Shown here in pieces: positions 23,290 to 36,100 of a stretch of DNA of 64,000 nucleotides. The first letter of the stretch is position 1. Every line of letters starts with the position of its first letter. The DNA comes from Camelus ferus (lineage: Eukaryota): positions 12,278,001 through 12,342,000 of the forward strand of contig NC_045697.1 of the NCBI RefSeq assembly GCF_009834535.1. The letters are read 5' to 3'. The notes under the pieces were generated by a model. It was not told the DNA's origin. It did not search any database and saw nothing but the letters and a program-made list of their open reading frames with translations. Made by a program: the position numbers and the translations under genes.

Positions 23290-26200
23290 TTGTTTTTTAT
23301 TTAAGTAAAATTCACATATACAGAAATATACAAATATTAAAGTGTTATAATTGGATGAGTTTTGAAAAATATATGTATCTGGGCTACCAAGCTCCCAATC
23401 AGAAACATTTCTGTTCCCCTAGAAAGTTCCTTCATGCCCCATTCCAGTCAATTCTCACCTCCAAAGGCTATACTTTTCAGATTTCTTTCACCATAAATTA
23501 GTTCTGCTTGTTGTTGGACTTAATATAAATGGAATCATGCAGTATGGATTTTTTTGTGTCTGGCTTCTTTCATTCAGTGTGGTCTGAAAATCCATTCATG
23601 TTGTTAAACTAACATTTACTCCTCTTTATTCCTGTGTCCTCTATTTCTTTGTTGCTGAGTAGTGTTGCATTTTTTGAACATAAGAGAATTTATTTATTTT
23701 TCCTATTGATGATATTTTTGTTGTCTTGACAATTCATTATCATGAATAAAGTTACGAACACTTGTGCAAGACTTTTTGTGATCATATGTTTTCATTTTTC
23801 TTGAGTAAATTCTTAGGGGTCAAATTGCTGGGTCATAGGATAAGGGTATGTTTAATATTACAGTGAGCTGCTAGACAGTTTTATAAAGTGATTGTACCAT
23901 TTTATACTTTTACCAGTATGTATATAGTTTAATGCACGTTGCTCCATTTCTTTGCTAACATTTGATGTCAGATTTTTAAATTTTCAGCTGTTCCATTAGG
24001 TGTGAAGTACTGTAGAATTGTAGTTGTATTTTGCATTTCTTTGCTGACTAATGATGTGGAGCATCTTTTCTTGTGCTAATTGGCCACTCACACATCTTCA
24101 GTGAATTATCTATTTAGGACTTTCGCCCAAGGTTGTAAACATATTCCCCTAAATTTTTTTTCTGGTAAGCCTTATTATTTTAGTAAACAGACATACTTCA
24201 TTTTATTGCATTTCAATTATTGCACTTTAAAGATTTTGTGTTTTTGACAAATTGAAGGCTTGTGGCAACAGAGTTGAGGAAGTCTAACAGTATTTTTTTC
24301 CCAACAGCATGTGCTCACTTCTTGTCTCTCACATTTTGGTAATTCTCATAATATTTCAAGCTTTTTCATTATTGTTATATTTGTTATGGTGATAATCTTC
24401 GATTGTAATTGTTTTGGGGCATCAGGAATTGCACCCGTATAAGATGGCAGCTTAATCAATAAATGTAGCAAGTGTTCTGACACCTCCACTGATTGGCCGG
24501 CCGTTCCCCTGTCTCTCATTTCTCCTTGGGGCTCCCTATTTCTTGAGACATAATAGTGTTGAAATTAGACCAACTGAAAACCCTGCAATGGCTTCTTAAG
24601 TATACAAGTGGAAGGAAGAGTTGAATATCCCTACCTTTAAATCAAAAGCTAGAAGTGATTAAGCTTAGTGAGTAGGCATGTCAAAAGCTGAGACAGGCCA
24701 AAAGCTAGGTAGCCTTGCATCTAATCGGTAGCCAGGTTGTGAATGCAAAGGAAAAATTCTTGAAGGAAATTAAAAGTGCTACACCAGTCAGCACATGAAT
24801 AAGAAAGGACAACAGCCTTATTGCTGACATGGAGAAAGTTGTAGTGGTCTGGATAGAAGATGAAGCTACCATAGGACTCCCTTAAACCAAAGCCTAATCC
24901 AGAGCGTGGCCGTAACTCTCTTGAATTCTGTTAAGGCTGAGAGAGGTGAGGAAGCTGCAGAAGAAGAATTCGAAGCTAGAAGAGGTTGGTTCGTGATGGG
25001 TAAGGAAAGAAACCATCTCCATAGCATAAAGGTGCTAATGGAGAAGCTGCAGTAAGTTATTCAGGATTTCAACGTAGATAAACAGCCTCATATTGGAAGA
25101 AGATGCCATGTAGGACTCTCATAGCTAGAGAGAAGTTAATGCCTGGCTTCAAACCTGCAAAGGACAAGCTAACTCCCTTGATAGGGGTTAATGTAGCTGG
25201 TAACTTGAAGTTGAGGCCAATGCTTATTTACCATTATGAAAATCCTAGGGCCCTTAAGAATTATGGTAAATCCACACTGACTGTGCTCTCTATATAAAAT
25301 AACAAAGCCTGGGTGACAGCATGTCTCTTTACAGCATGGTTTACTGAATATTTTAAGCCAACGGTTGAGACCTTGTGCTCAGAAAAAAAAGATTCCTTTG
25401 AAAATGTTACTACTCATTGACAATATGCCTGCTTACCCAGGAGCTCTGATGGAGATGCACTACAAGATTCATGTTGTTTTCATGTCTTCTCACACAACAT
25501 CCATTCTGCAGCCCATGGACCATGGAGTCATTTTGACTTCCAAGTCTTATTATCTTGGAGATACATTTTGTAAGGCTAAAGCTGCCATAGACTGATTCCT
25601 CTGATGGATCTGGGCAAAGTAAGTTGGAAACCTTCTGAAAAGAATTCACCATTCTAGATTCTATGAAGAACATGTGTGATTCATGGGGAAAAGAGAAAAT
25701 ACGAACATTAACAGGAGTTTGGAGGAAGTTGATTTCCAACCCTCATGGATGACTGAGGGGTTCAAGACTTCGTTGGAGGAAGTAACTGCAGATGTGGTGG
25801 AAGTAGCAAGAGAACTAGAATTGGAAGTGGAGCCTGAGATGTGACTGAATTGCTACAATCTCAAGATAAAACTTTAACAGATGAGGAATTGCTTCTTACG
25901 GATAAGCAAAGAAAGATGCTTTGAGATGGAATCTACTCCTGGTGAAGATGCTGCAAGGACTGTTGCAAGACAACAAAGGATTAAGAATATCATATAAATT
26001 TGGTTGGTAAAACAATGGCAGAATGTGAGAGGACTGACTCCAATTTTTAAAGAAGTTCTACTGTGAATAAAATGCTGTCAAACAGCATTGCATGCTGGAA
26101 GAGTCAACCGATGTGGCAAACTTCATTATTGTCTTATTTTGAGAAATTGCCACAGCCACCCCAGCCTTCAGCAGCCACCACCCTGATCAGTCAGTAGCCA

Positions 26201-26860
26201 TCAACACTGAGGCAAGATCCTCCACCAGCAGAAAGATTATGACTCGTTGAAGGCTCAGATGATGGTTAACATTTTTTAGGAAAAAAGTATTTTTAAATTA
26301 AGGTATATACATTAGTTTTTTAGACATAACTCTATTGTACATTTAATGGACAATATAGTGTAAACATAACTTTTACATGTACTTGGAAACAAAAAATGTT
26401 CTGTGACTCACTTTATTGCAATATTCACTTTATTGTGGTGGTCTGTAACCAAACCTATAATATCTCTGAGGTGTGCCTGTATACATTTAGGTTTATGATC
26501 TCTTTCAAATCAATTTTTGTGTATGATGTTAAGTAGAGGTTGAGGTTCGTTTTTTCTAGTTGTTCCAGCTCAGTTTATTAAAAAGACTTTTCTTTCCCCA
26601 TTGTTATCTTGGTATCTCTGTTGGAAGTCAAATGTACATGTACATTTTTTTTCTAAATTCTACATTATGTTAAATTGGTTTCTTTACTCATTCTTTACTC
26701 ATTCTTATTCTAAAGCTATAGTCTTGACTACCATAACTTTATAAAAAGTCTTCAAATAGGTTTGTGAATGGTCCACAGTTTCTTCTTTAAACTTGAGTTG
26801 ACTATTCTAGATCCTTTGAATTTTCATGTAAATTTTAGAATCAACTTGTCATTTTCTCCC
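23290..26860 (-). mobile_element. L1MB-like 3' portion, split by Tigger1
   Basis: taaatggaatcatgcagtat...attgctgggtcatagg...ctaatgatgtggagcatcttttc. Sequence resumes collinearly at 26482 (tacatttaggtttatgatc). Confidence 0.8.
24188..26479 (+). mobile_element. Tigger1 (TcMar-Tigger) DNA transposon, near full length, transposase disrupted
   Basis: TIRs cagacatacttc / gaggtgtgcctg followed by TA. Transposase fragments [24 protein letters not shown] and [11 protein letters not shown]...TTSILQPMDHGVI. Confidence 0.95.
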
Positions 26861-27184
26861 TAGAAGTCTAGAGATATGCACAGCACAAAGACACTTACAC
26901 ACAAGTATACAGATATTTGTTTTTGTTTAGTTTGATTTAGCAACTAATTGTAAGCATTCTACATGTTGACTAATGAAGAACTAGCACAATATACCATGTC
27001 ACATCCACACAGTGGCATTTTATGCAGCTATGAGAGGATAGAAAAGTAGATGTGTAAGTGCTGATATGGACATTCTTCAAGAAGTATTGTTAAGTGAAAA
27101 ACATCAATATGTGGAGCAGTGTATAGAGTGTGTTCCCATTTGTTTTAAAAGTAAGGGTATAAATACACTATATACTTTCTATCT

Positions 27185-27605
27185 GTGTGTCAAATTAATC
27201 GGTTCATTTAACTGAAGAATTTAGAGTGAAGTTGTCCTCAAATAAGACTGGACCCAGGAGCTCATAGGATGTACTAGATGCTACCTCTTGCTGTGTAGCT
27301 GGACTCCACTTTTTTCTTTTTGGTTCGTTGTCAGGCACCTTCTATGCCATTGGCAGTTCCACGCTTCCATGGTTCTCACAGTGTGTAGGAGACATTATCC
27401 ATCTCACAGTTCCTTCATCAAATCTAAGATTTGGTCTGGTTTGAGTTAAATGCCCATCCTGTGGGCATGGAGGGGGTATGAATGGAGCCTTGACTGGCCA
27501 AGTGGATCCATGTGCTCATACCTGTAACTACAGGAGAAGTCACCATGGGGAAGGAGCAGTTCAATGGAAGGGATGATGGGTAAATTAAACTACATATGCC
27601 CATAT
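27185..27605 (-). mobile_element. Old MaLR LTR (MLT1J/K-like)
   Basis: ttggtctggtttgagttaaatgcccatcc...gactggccaag...catgtgctcatacctg. Confidence 0.55.
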
Positions 27606-29121
27606 AGTGACCTTAATAACACCTTACTGTTCACGAACAGTATGGCGATTTTTCTACAAAAAGTAGCTAAAATTGTGCTCCTGTGTCTCAAGAAATTCTT
27701 CCATGCTCTGCCTCTCACTCTCTAGCTTGGACACACTCATTCTTTTCTGCTTTTCTTGGTTTCCAGCTTGTGAACTTTTTTCTGTTTCTCTCATTTAACC
27801 TAATCCATTTGGAGTCAGTACCTGCTTGTCATAACTGCTAAGTATTGCTTTTGGTGTCCATCTTTGACCTTGACCCACAGATCATACAGTTTAGTTTAAT
27901 GTACTACACCCTCTGGGAAAATCTGCTTTACTCCCTGTGATTAGTCTTAGTTCAATCTCTGGGCTCACCAGGGATCAGACAAAATTATCTGAACTGTTGT
28001 TCTGGTTGTTTTTATTAGTCCTTTATGGATCTCCCTCCCTCCCTCCCTTCCTACTGTCTGTCTATCTATCTATCTATCTAATTTGCCAAAAGGACTTCTT
28101 TCATGCCTTTATTTCCCTGCTAGGTATTCTTGACTCTCATAAAGTTACTTGAGTGGACACTAAACTGAATACAGTACCTGATCTCCTCCTTGTTTCTAAT
28201 TAAGAATCAGGTAATATTGTTGTGTGACCATAGATTATAAAGATTAAATTATTCTATAAGCTTTTACTATTTTATATTCAAAATAAATCTGGTTGTTAGT
28301 GTTTTGTTAATGAATTAGTTTCTCTGTTGTAGAACAATTTATTAATCTGGAATTGGTTTGGGTTAAAACTGTCCTGCTGTGATTATCACTAACTGTTTAC
28401 GGAGGAGGGCAAGATCATGAGATAAGGATGTGTTGAGATAAAAATAAGCTGAGGGGTGATATAATAATAGTGAAATGAAAAGGATGAAATTGGATATTTG
28501 GGTGAGTTTTAAAACCATGTAAAATGAATTAAGCCATTGTCCAGATTAAGAAAGCCAGGTAGGCATAAGAAGTTCAGAGAACAAAAGCTTTTTATTACAG
28601 TTGTGTATCTACTCAGATAATGAATTGCTAATTTTGAGGGTATGGGGAAAGGGACTGCTTTTGTTTTAGCTTTACAGTTAAACTAGTAGATATAGTATTT
28701 GATTAGTTTGACACTGAGTCATTCACTCATTCTTAACCAGTGAGGGTGACATATTCTTTAGTTGTATTTATGTTTAGTTTTTAAATGGAACAATCTCTTC
28801 ATCATACAGCTAAGACCATGTAAAAGCCCAGTCCCTGCAAGTATCCCCCACTCATTTTTTGGGCTCATGCATGCCACTCTTGCTTTGCCTGGATCTTTAA
28901 TATTTGGGTTAATGTACTCAGGCCACATCCTGTTTTGATATTTTGTTTAGACTTCCTAGCATGCTGGACTACCCCGCTGGACCATTTAAAATGTATATTA
29001 TTCAACTAATTTTGCTTATTGCAAACAAAATGAGAAAAATAAGTAGAATTGTAAAGAGTGATTTAAAGACCAGTCGTAATACCAGCTAAAATAATTACCA
29101 GTGTCAAATACCAACCTTTTA

Positions 29122-29632
29122 TTGTATTTCATCAAATCTGAGACACCATTGACTAGAACTTCCACTGTTTTACCACTAGGAAAGGAGACGTGCTGTCAAA
29201 CTATGACATACAGCTTTCTTTCCTATGGAATAGTTAATACTCATTGAAAGAGTTCTTTTAGACTTGTTTAGATATAGACTTCCATTATGGATGGCTTTAG
29301 GACATGTCTAAGATGGAAAATAGAAGAAAAATGTATTAGTTAAAATAGTTCTAAAACTCTTCATATTCAGGGTCCGTCAGTTCCATGTCACTTTTTGATT
29401 CAGAGTTGTCAATATCTGTGTTTTTACTAATGGTTTCATCCTCAGTGCTATCAAAAACATTGATGATGCAGTTTTGCTTAGAAGTGAGTTCCACTATTAT
29501 ATGCAAGATTTTTATCCAAGATCATCAATTTTCCCTTTTTTCCTTTTAGCATTGGTACTCCCCTCTCACCAGTTTTGGGTGGGCACATGGTGGTCCAGTT
29601 ATAGACATTTCTGAGCTTCCTTGGTAGTTTGG
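29122..29632 (-). mobile_element. TcMar-Tc2 (Kanga-like) DNA transposon fragment
   Basis: Terminus tgtatttcatcaaatctgagacaccattga. Minus-strand transposase C-terminal remnant IIVELTSKQNCIINVFDSTED. Confidence 0.65.
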
Positions 29633-29979
29633 TGCTTTGGTCTGAATGCTTGTGTCCCTCCACAGTTCACACTGAAATCCTAACCCCCAAAGGTGATGGT
29701 ATTAGTAGGTGAGACATTTAGTAGGTGATTAGGTCATGAGGGTAGAACTTATCTCGTGAATGGGATTAGTGCCCTTATAAAAGAGATCTCACAGAGCTTC
29801 CTAACCCTTCTGCTATGTGAATACAATAATTCTGCAACCAGAAGAGGGGCCTCACTCAACCATGATGGTGCCACAGTCTTGGACTTCCAGCTTCCAGAAC
29901 TGTGAGAAATAAATTTCTGCTGTTTATATGCCATGCAATCTGTGGTGTTTTATTATAGCAGCCTGAACTGACTAAGAAA
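29633..29979 (+). mobile_element. MLT1A-type MaLR solo LTR
   Basis: tgctttggtctgaatgcttgtgtccc...cagaactgtgagaaataaatttctg...ttatagcagcctgaactgactaaga. Confidence 0.9.
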
Positions 29980-30039
29980 CTTGTTATGACCATGTTTTGA
30001 CTGGTGGGATAGGAGAAGTGGTGTGTGCAACTTGCAGTT

Positions 30040-30300
30040 TACTTACCTTCCATTTTCTCTGTCACCTTTTCCTGGGGATAAGAAGCAGACATGGTGATAG
30101 TGAGCCCGCTTTAATCATGTAGAAGGAGATACCCTGGGGATGGTGGAACAACTTGATGGAAAGATCTGGATCTTTGGATTACTGTGTAAAGCAGAGCTGC
30201 CTACCTGCCAAGAGTGAACAGCAGCTCTCATGGAAGGGAAAGTAAACTTTTCATCTTTTTAAAACCAATGTTATTGTCAAAGCAGCCAAATTAATATTCA
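30040..30300 (+). mobile_element. LTR16-like ERVL LTR fragment
   Basis: ggggatggtggaacaacttgatggaaagatctggatctttggattactgtgtaaagcagagctgcc. Confidence 0.6.
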
Positions 30301-30369
30301 TATTATATATTCTGTTTTTAAAATTCTTTTTTTATTTACTACCATATTGAAAAATACTTTTATTTACCA

Positions 30370-31890
30370 TTAAGTTTTAAATGGCTAAATAATATTCAAG
30401 GTACAGATACATCATTATTTATTTAACTATACCCCTACCATTGGGCATTTAGGTTGTTCCAATTTTTCTATGTTGTAAATAATACTGGAATGAAAATTCT
30501 ACTGTTGTATACATGTACATATACACACAGTAAACACACACATATACATGAATATGTGCACATACAGAGCTGTTTCCCTAAAATAAATTCCTGTAAATAG
30601 AATTACTTGATCAAAGGCCTTTCACATTTTTAAGGCTTTAAAGATTATCAGGTTAACTGCCAGTGTTTCTGCATTAATTTACCCTACCACTAGGAATATA
30701 TATGGAATATATGAATATATATTGCTATACAATGTTAAATTTGTAAAAATGTTTTTGAGGTTTAATTTGCATACAATAAGTCCACAGATTTTAAGTGCTT
30801 AGTTCCATAAGCTTTGACAATTGTATACACTCATGTAACTACCACACCCAAAAAATATAGAACATTACCACCACCTGGAAACTTACATTGTGCCCCTTTC
30901 CTTAATCACCATCCTGTAGAGGCAAGTATTGTTTTGATTTCTAATTTTGCCTACTTGGGGGCTTCTTATATATATGGAATCATACAGGAGGTATTCTTTT
31001 GTTTCTAGTTTCTTTGCTTTCATTTTTGAGATTCATCCATGTTGCAAATATCAGTAGTGTCCTGTAATATGATGTCACTACAATGGAAAAAAAGTCTGTT
31101 CTCTAGTTGATAAATACTTGTATTATTTCCATGTTTGGGCTATAAGGAATATGAGTTTTTGTGAATGTATATTTTTCATTTGGTTTGTCTTAATAAGTAA
31201 ATACCTAAAGTGGGATTGCTGGGTCATAAGGTAGATGTATATTTAACTGTTAAAGAAACTGACATGAGCTCTCAAAAGTGGTTGTACAACTTTCTGCTTC
31301 CACCAGCAGTGTGTGAGAGTTCTAGATGCTTCTTATCCTAGCAAACAGCTGTCAATCTTTTAGATTTCAGCCATTCTGGTGGTTGTGGGAATGTTAATTC
31401 CTATTTTCCTTTTGACCAAGGATGTTGAGCTTCTTTGTATATGCTTACTGGCTATTCATATGTCTTTTGTAAAGGATTTGTACAACTCTTTTATCCATTT
31501 TTACAAATTGAGTTTTTTTTTATTATTGATTTATAGGAGTTCTTTATATGTTTTGGACACAAGCTCTTCATCAGATATATGTGTTGTGAGTTTTATTTTC
31601 TAGAGTGTCATTTTATATGGAGAAATTTTAATTAGGATAAAGTGTAATATATCATTTTTTTCTGTTGTACTGAGTTGTTTCTTGTGTATTTTAAGAAATT
31701 TTTGCCTACCACAGAGTTACAAAGACATTCTCCTATTTTTTTTCTAGGAGCTTTATGGTTCTAATGTTTCCAACATGGTTTATGATCTGTCTCAAATTAA
31801 CTCTGTTATTGCAATGAAGTAGGTGTCAGGTTCATTTATTTTCCATTTTTTATATCAAGCTTTCCAACACATTGGTTAAAATAACTTTTT
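30370..31890 (-). mobile_element. Old L1 fragments (L1ME- and L1MB-like 3' ends)
   Basis: ttgggcatttaggttgttccaatt...; tatggaatcatacaggaggtattc...gggattgctgggtcataagg. Confidence 0.75.
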
Positions 31891-31993
31891 AAAAATATTT
31901 GCTAATACGTAAGTATAAATTGTGTTTTATTGTTGCTCTATGTCCTGATGAACTGTTGGCTTTGAGTATTTCCCTAAGTTTCCATGTACTTAC

Positions 31994-32488
31994 AATTTAG
32001 AGTCACAGCTATTCCAGTAGCCAACCCCAAAAGGCTAAATTTCTGACTTCAGTAAAAGAAATCTCATTTTCTTTTTGAGAGATGTAAAATTACCTTAACA
32101 GGACTGATCTAGTGACACTCATGTTAATCAAGATTAGAAAATACCCAGAAGAATTACTGGCAACCATCTATCTACTTTAAATTAGTCAGGATTTAGACTG
32201 ATTTATGAAGCATTAAGATGGGCATATTTCTATGATGTTGCTCACCTGGAAAAGGTTGAATTGTCCAACATGGGTTAACACATAGGAAAAGACTAATTGT
32301 ATCAACTACTTAAAATAGTATAGTAACTTATATCTGTAAAGCATGAGCTGTGCTTCTGGGGAAGTAAAAGAAACTTGTTTTAAATACATTTGATATAAAG
32401 GTGAACAGAGAATACATTTCAAGGAAGCAGTTTATGCTGACAAGTTAAACCAAATTACTTTGGCGATTTGCTCTTGGATTTCTGTGAC
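31994..32488 (-). pseudogene. Candidate decayed exon 2: CUB-like domain
   Basis: Acceptor ctatttcctgtag|GT and donor T|gtaagt. 495 nt (multiple of 3, phase 1-1). Contains SYYTILSS/DTISLFLCVNPCWTIQPFPG, a CUB-type C-W-T-I-x-x-x-P-G motif, with stops and frameshifts. Confidence 0.45.
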
Positions 32489-33011
32489 CTACAGGAAATA
32501 GGGGCCATCTACCTGACGTCAAAATTTGAGTTCCTCAGAAAAGGTTAAGTCTCAACCCCACTGACTTTTTCAGGGGTTACCCTGTACATAGATGGGCTCA
32601 TGCTCTAAGGAGAGTAGAACATTCTCATTCGTTTTAGAGGGGTGACGTCTGAGAAAAGCAACTTGCTAAGCAGCTATAATAATGCCAGTAGAGAGTACAT
32701 TTACATTTTCTGTTAATACAATTCATATAATTCTTTATGCCACATAAATCTTTTGCACACACTTCCAGATATTTGGCTTCCATAAACTCTATTACAGCTA
32801 TAAAGCTCACATCTTCCTTTTTGCTGGTATTTTTGTCAGTTAACTTCTTCCCATGACCTCTAGTAGTGATGTTGTGTCACTTGGACTTAAAATCCTAAAT
32901 AATTTTTCCTCCATTCTGTCTTCTTTTCTGACAGATGATAGGGCTTATTATTTAATTATCTAAAAATATTTCTCACACATACTCTATTATGGTTTGTATT
33001 TTATAACTCAC

Positions 33012-33105
33012 CACATCGTAATTTCTTATTTTCTATTTGGTGACTAAAAACTAAGGCCAAGCTCAATACAAAGGCAAGTAATTGCCACAAAGAGAGCATT
33101 GTCAT
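33012..33105 (-). pseudogene. Candidate exon 1: intact signal-peptide coding segment
   Basis: ATG at 33105, MTMLSLWQLLAFVLSLALVFSHQIENKKLRC, then phase-1 consensus donor G|gtgagt. Confidence 0.6.
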
Positions 33106-36100
33106 AATTTCCCCCAAGGAACTCCATCTTGTTAACTGTTTAAAATTGCTGAGCACATTTTTCTTAAGAGATTTATCATTTATTTCCGCTAGTACTTTTA
33201 TGCTGCTAAAAACTACTTTGTGTACTGAGTAGAATTCTAGTAATATCTGTGGCAGCAGTTCTGTCAAAACACTTGAAAAGAACGTTCACTCATCATGGAA
33301 ATTTTGAAAGCCTCCATCCCTGCAAAAATGTGTTTTGTTTTGGAAGCTATGCAAAACAGCTTAAAGTTTGGAACACCCATGGGAGCAATCCTCAGAGAAA
33401 CATTTTAGTTTTCCAATTAGAGAATCCAGGATAGTGTCACAGGAACCAGTCTAGACAACATCACCTTATCTAAGATAGTTCTAATCACGCCTTCCAAGAG
33501 GTTCTCTACAACAGCAAATTTTTTATTTTCAGCACTGCCCTAACAATGTATCGGCAGCTTAAAGAATTGCAGTGTCTTAAATGCAAGGCACTGAAGATCC
33601 AAATCCTCCAAGCTGATCCTTTCTGACAGAGGAGAAAGGCCAATAAACCAACCCCAAATGGTGTTATCAGGAGCAGTGCATAATTAAAAGCCATCTGCAT
33701 GTCTTGTATGCCCCTTTCTGTATGTGAAATAGGGCTAGCACTATGTGAGTACTTAAAAGCTCCTTTCAAAAAATTTAAAATCCTTATTGAGACATTATCC
33801 TACAGTGCAGAGAATAAGACAAACCAAAGTATTCATGACCAGCCCCCTCCCACTTCTTATTTTCTTAGAATATGTGAGTGATTTACAACCAAATTAACAT
33901 AATGCCATACCACCAACACTAGAAATGTTTATTGTAGATTTAAAAATATTCTATGATTCGTGAAAAGAAGTTAAGCTGTAGGAGCTAAGAAAATAACGCT
34001 GTTGTGTGTCTCCGTCAAGATTATAGACCAAAGTTCAGTCTGAATTCTAACGGAGGCTGTGCTCCACACCCACAAACAAATGCTGGTTACTAAGCCCTCA
34101 GATTCAGAAGTTTTGTTTTTTCTTCTTTAGGGTGAACTTGACTTCTAAAAAGATATTTAATATGTTTTTCTTTAGTAGTAATTAATTGGTGAAGAAGCCT
34201 ATTAATTAGTCCTTGTAAGAGGATTGAGTCATAATTATTAGAAGATTGGCTTATCCTACACAGATCATCAGTACCACCTGAGAACACGTTTTCATGTTGT
34301 GTTCCTGTGGTTTGGGATGTTACATAAGGGAATCTGGATTGTTATAGAGGGGAAATTGGCCCTCTTGCCCTCAGAAATCCCTTCTTACTCTTAGATTCCA
34401 TGATTTTATGAGTTTTAGAATGCTGTATTTCAGCAGTCAGAGTATGTAGGGTTATAATGAAAATTGATATAAAATATTCAAAGGTCAGAATTTTTAAAAT
34501 GTTTATATTTAAATTAACAAAAATAGTTTTAAATTATTTTGCTTCCTACATACCACATCTGTAGAGTATCACTGTTCTACACTCTCTCTATACTTCCCAT
34601 GGCACAGAATTCTTTATTTTGACATCTCAAGCCTGCCTTTTCAGAGGTTCCATTTAATACTTCTTCCCAAATGGTCACTGGTATGTTCAGGTTGGAATAC
34701 AATGATTGATATTCCTAAATGCAACAATTCTGAATTCCCTAAGGCTTGTATATAAGCAGAGCATCCATCCAATTTCTCCTTAGAGACTCTAGTGACGTAC
34801 TCTCTAATCCTCAGGATTTTCTGGTGTCTAGCTGGTCATATCTGGTTGTTTTCTTTTATCTCTCAAAAATGCAGCGAGAACTGTCTGATTAATTTGAGGT
34901 TAGAAAATTTGGCAATTCCAGAATATTATTCCTTGTCTGTGGCTCTTGTTGCACAAAACCACAAGGCTTCATGGAGCCACCTGGTTTCTGTGCGGTTTTA
35001 CGTAGCCAAGAGATTCAGTACTCAATGTGTGCCAAGCCTACCTGGAGCTCACAGTGTTTATCCAGTTGGTTTCAGTTTCAGTTGGTTTTAGTTTAGATAG
35101 AAAAAGAAGTCTTTCTATCTTTCAGTCTTCAGATTGTTTTCTGGTTTAGGATTAATCTTTTCATGGGATGACTGAGAGGAAAGATATATTCTCTGCAGGG
35201 AAGTCCTCTTCTCCCTCCTAAGGAGTGAAGTATGGTCTGGCTTCTGACCTGACAAGATGATTAGCAACTAACCTGACATGAATATCAAGTTGTGTGGTCA
35301 TTTTCACTCTCAAGTTCTTAAGCATGGACAGTCTAACGAAGGGACTTGCCGAGTTCATATTTACATGGAACCCTGGGGAAGGATATGCAAGTGTGTTAAA
35401 TTCTCTTTTTTCCCCATATTCAAGACTACACTTTTAATTTTTAAAAATCCCTGTTCTCCAAATTTTTATACCTCCATAATGACTTCCAATTCTAGAACAC
35501 TCTCTTTTTAACAGTTGTTATAAATGGCACTCAAGAGAAAGCAAGCAAAGAACTTATTCTGCAATAGTTCTGTGGTTCCATTTGCTGAAATGATATATAC
35601 GTGGTATCACATTTCATTAATTCTGTAAATATTTATTTCATGCCTACAATGTGTCATCACAGTTATAGATTCTCTGGAGACCATAAAGAGTATGAGACAA
35701 CTCTAAGTAAAATTGTTTACATTTGAAAGCCTGGGAGTAAAGTGGTTCTAATAATTAATCACAATCTAGAACCAAGAGTTAATAATAACAATATGAAACA
35801 AATGATTTATTAAAGAGACTGCTTTCAAAGAAGTACGATAAAATTCTGTGTAAATTTGGATGAAATTCACAATTATTTGAAAAGCTCTGAAAATTAGTAT
35901 GACAAAGAATTAGAACACTGTTGCTTATACAAGTAGATTAAAAAAATAAATTTATGCTTTCCTCCTGGCTATGGAAAAATGTTGCTGCCTTGTCTTATTT
36001 TCTTATTTCCCCCAAGCTGTAGGATGAAAACAAACCTTTTTTCAAAAGAACTAAAAATCCCTAGGTGCAGTGGTTCAGACTGATGAAGCAAGGTCTGTGG

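Noticed and set aside
25103..25595. Domesticated Tigger transposase (TIGD1-like) gene
   Set aside because: Multiple stops, frameshifts and deletions; an ordinary decayed Tigger1.
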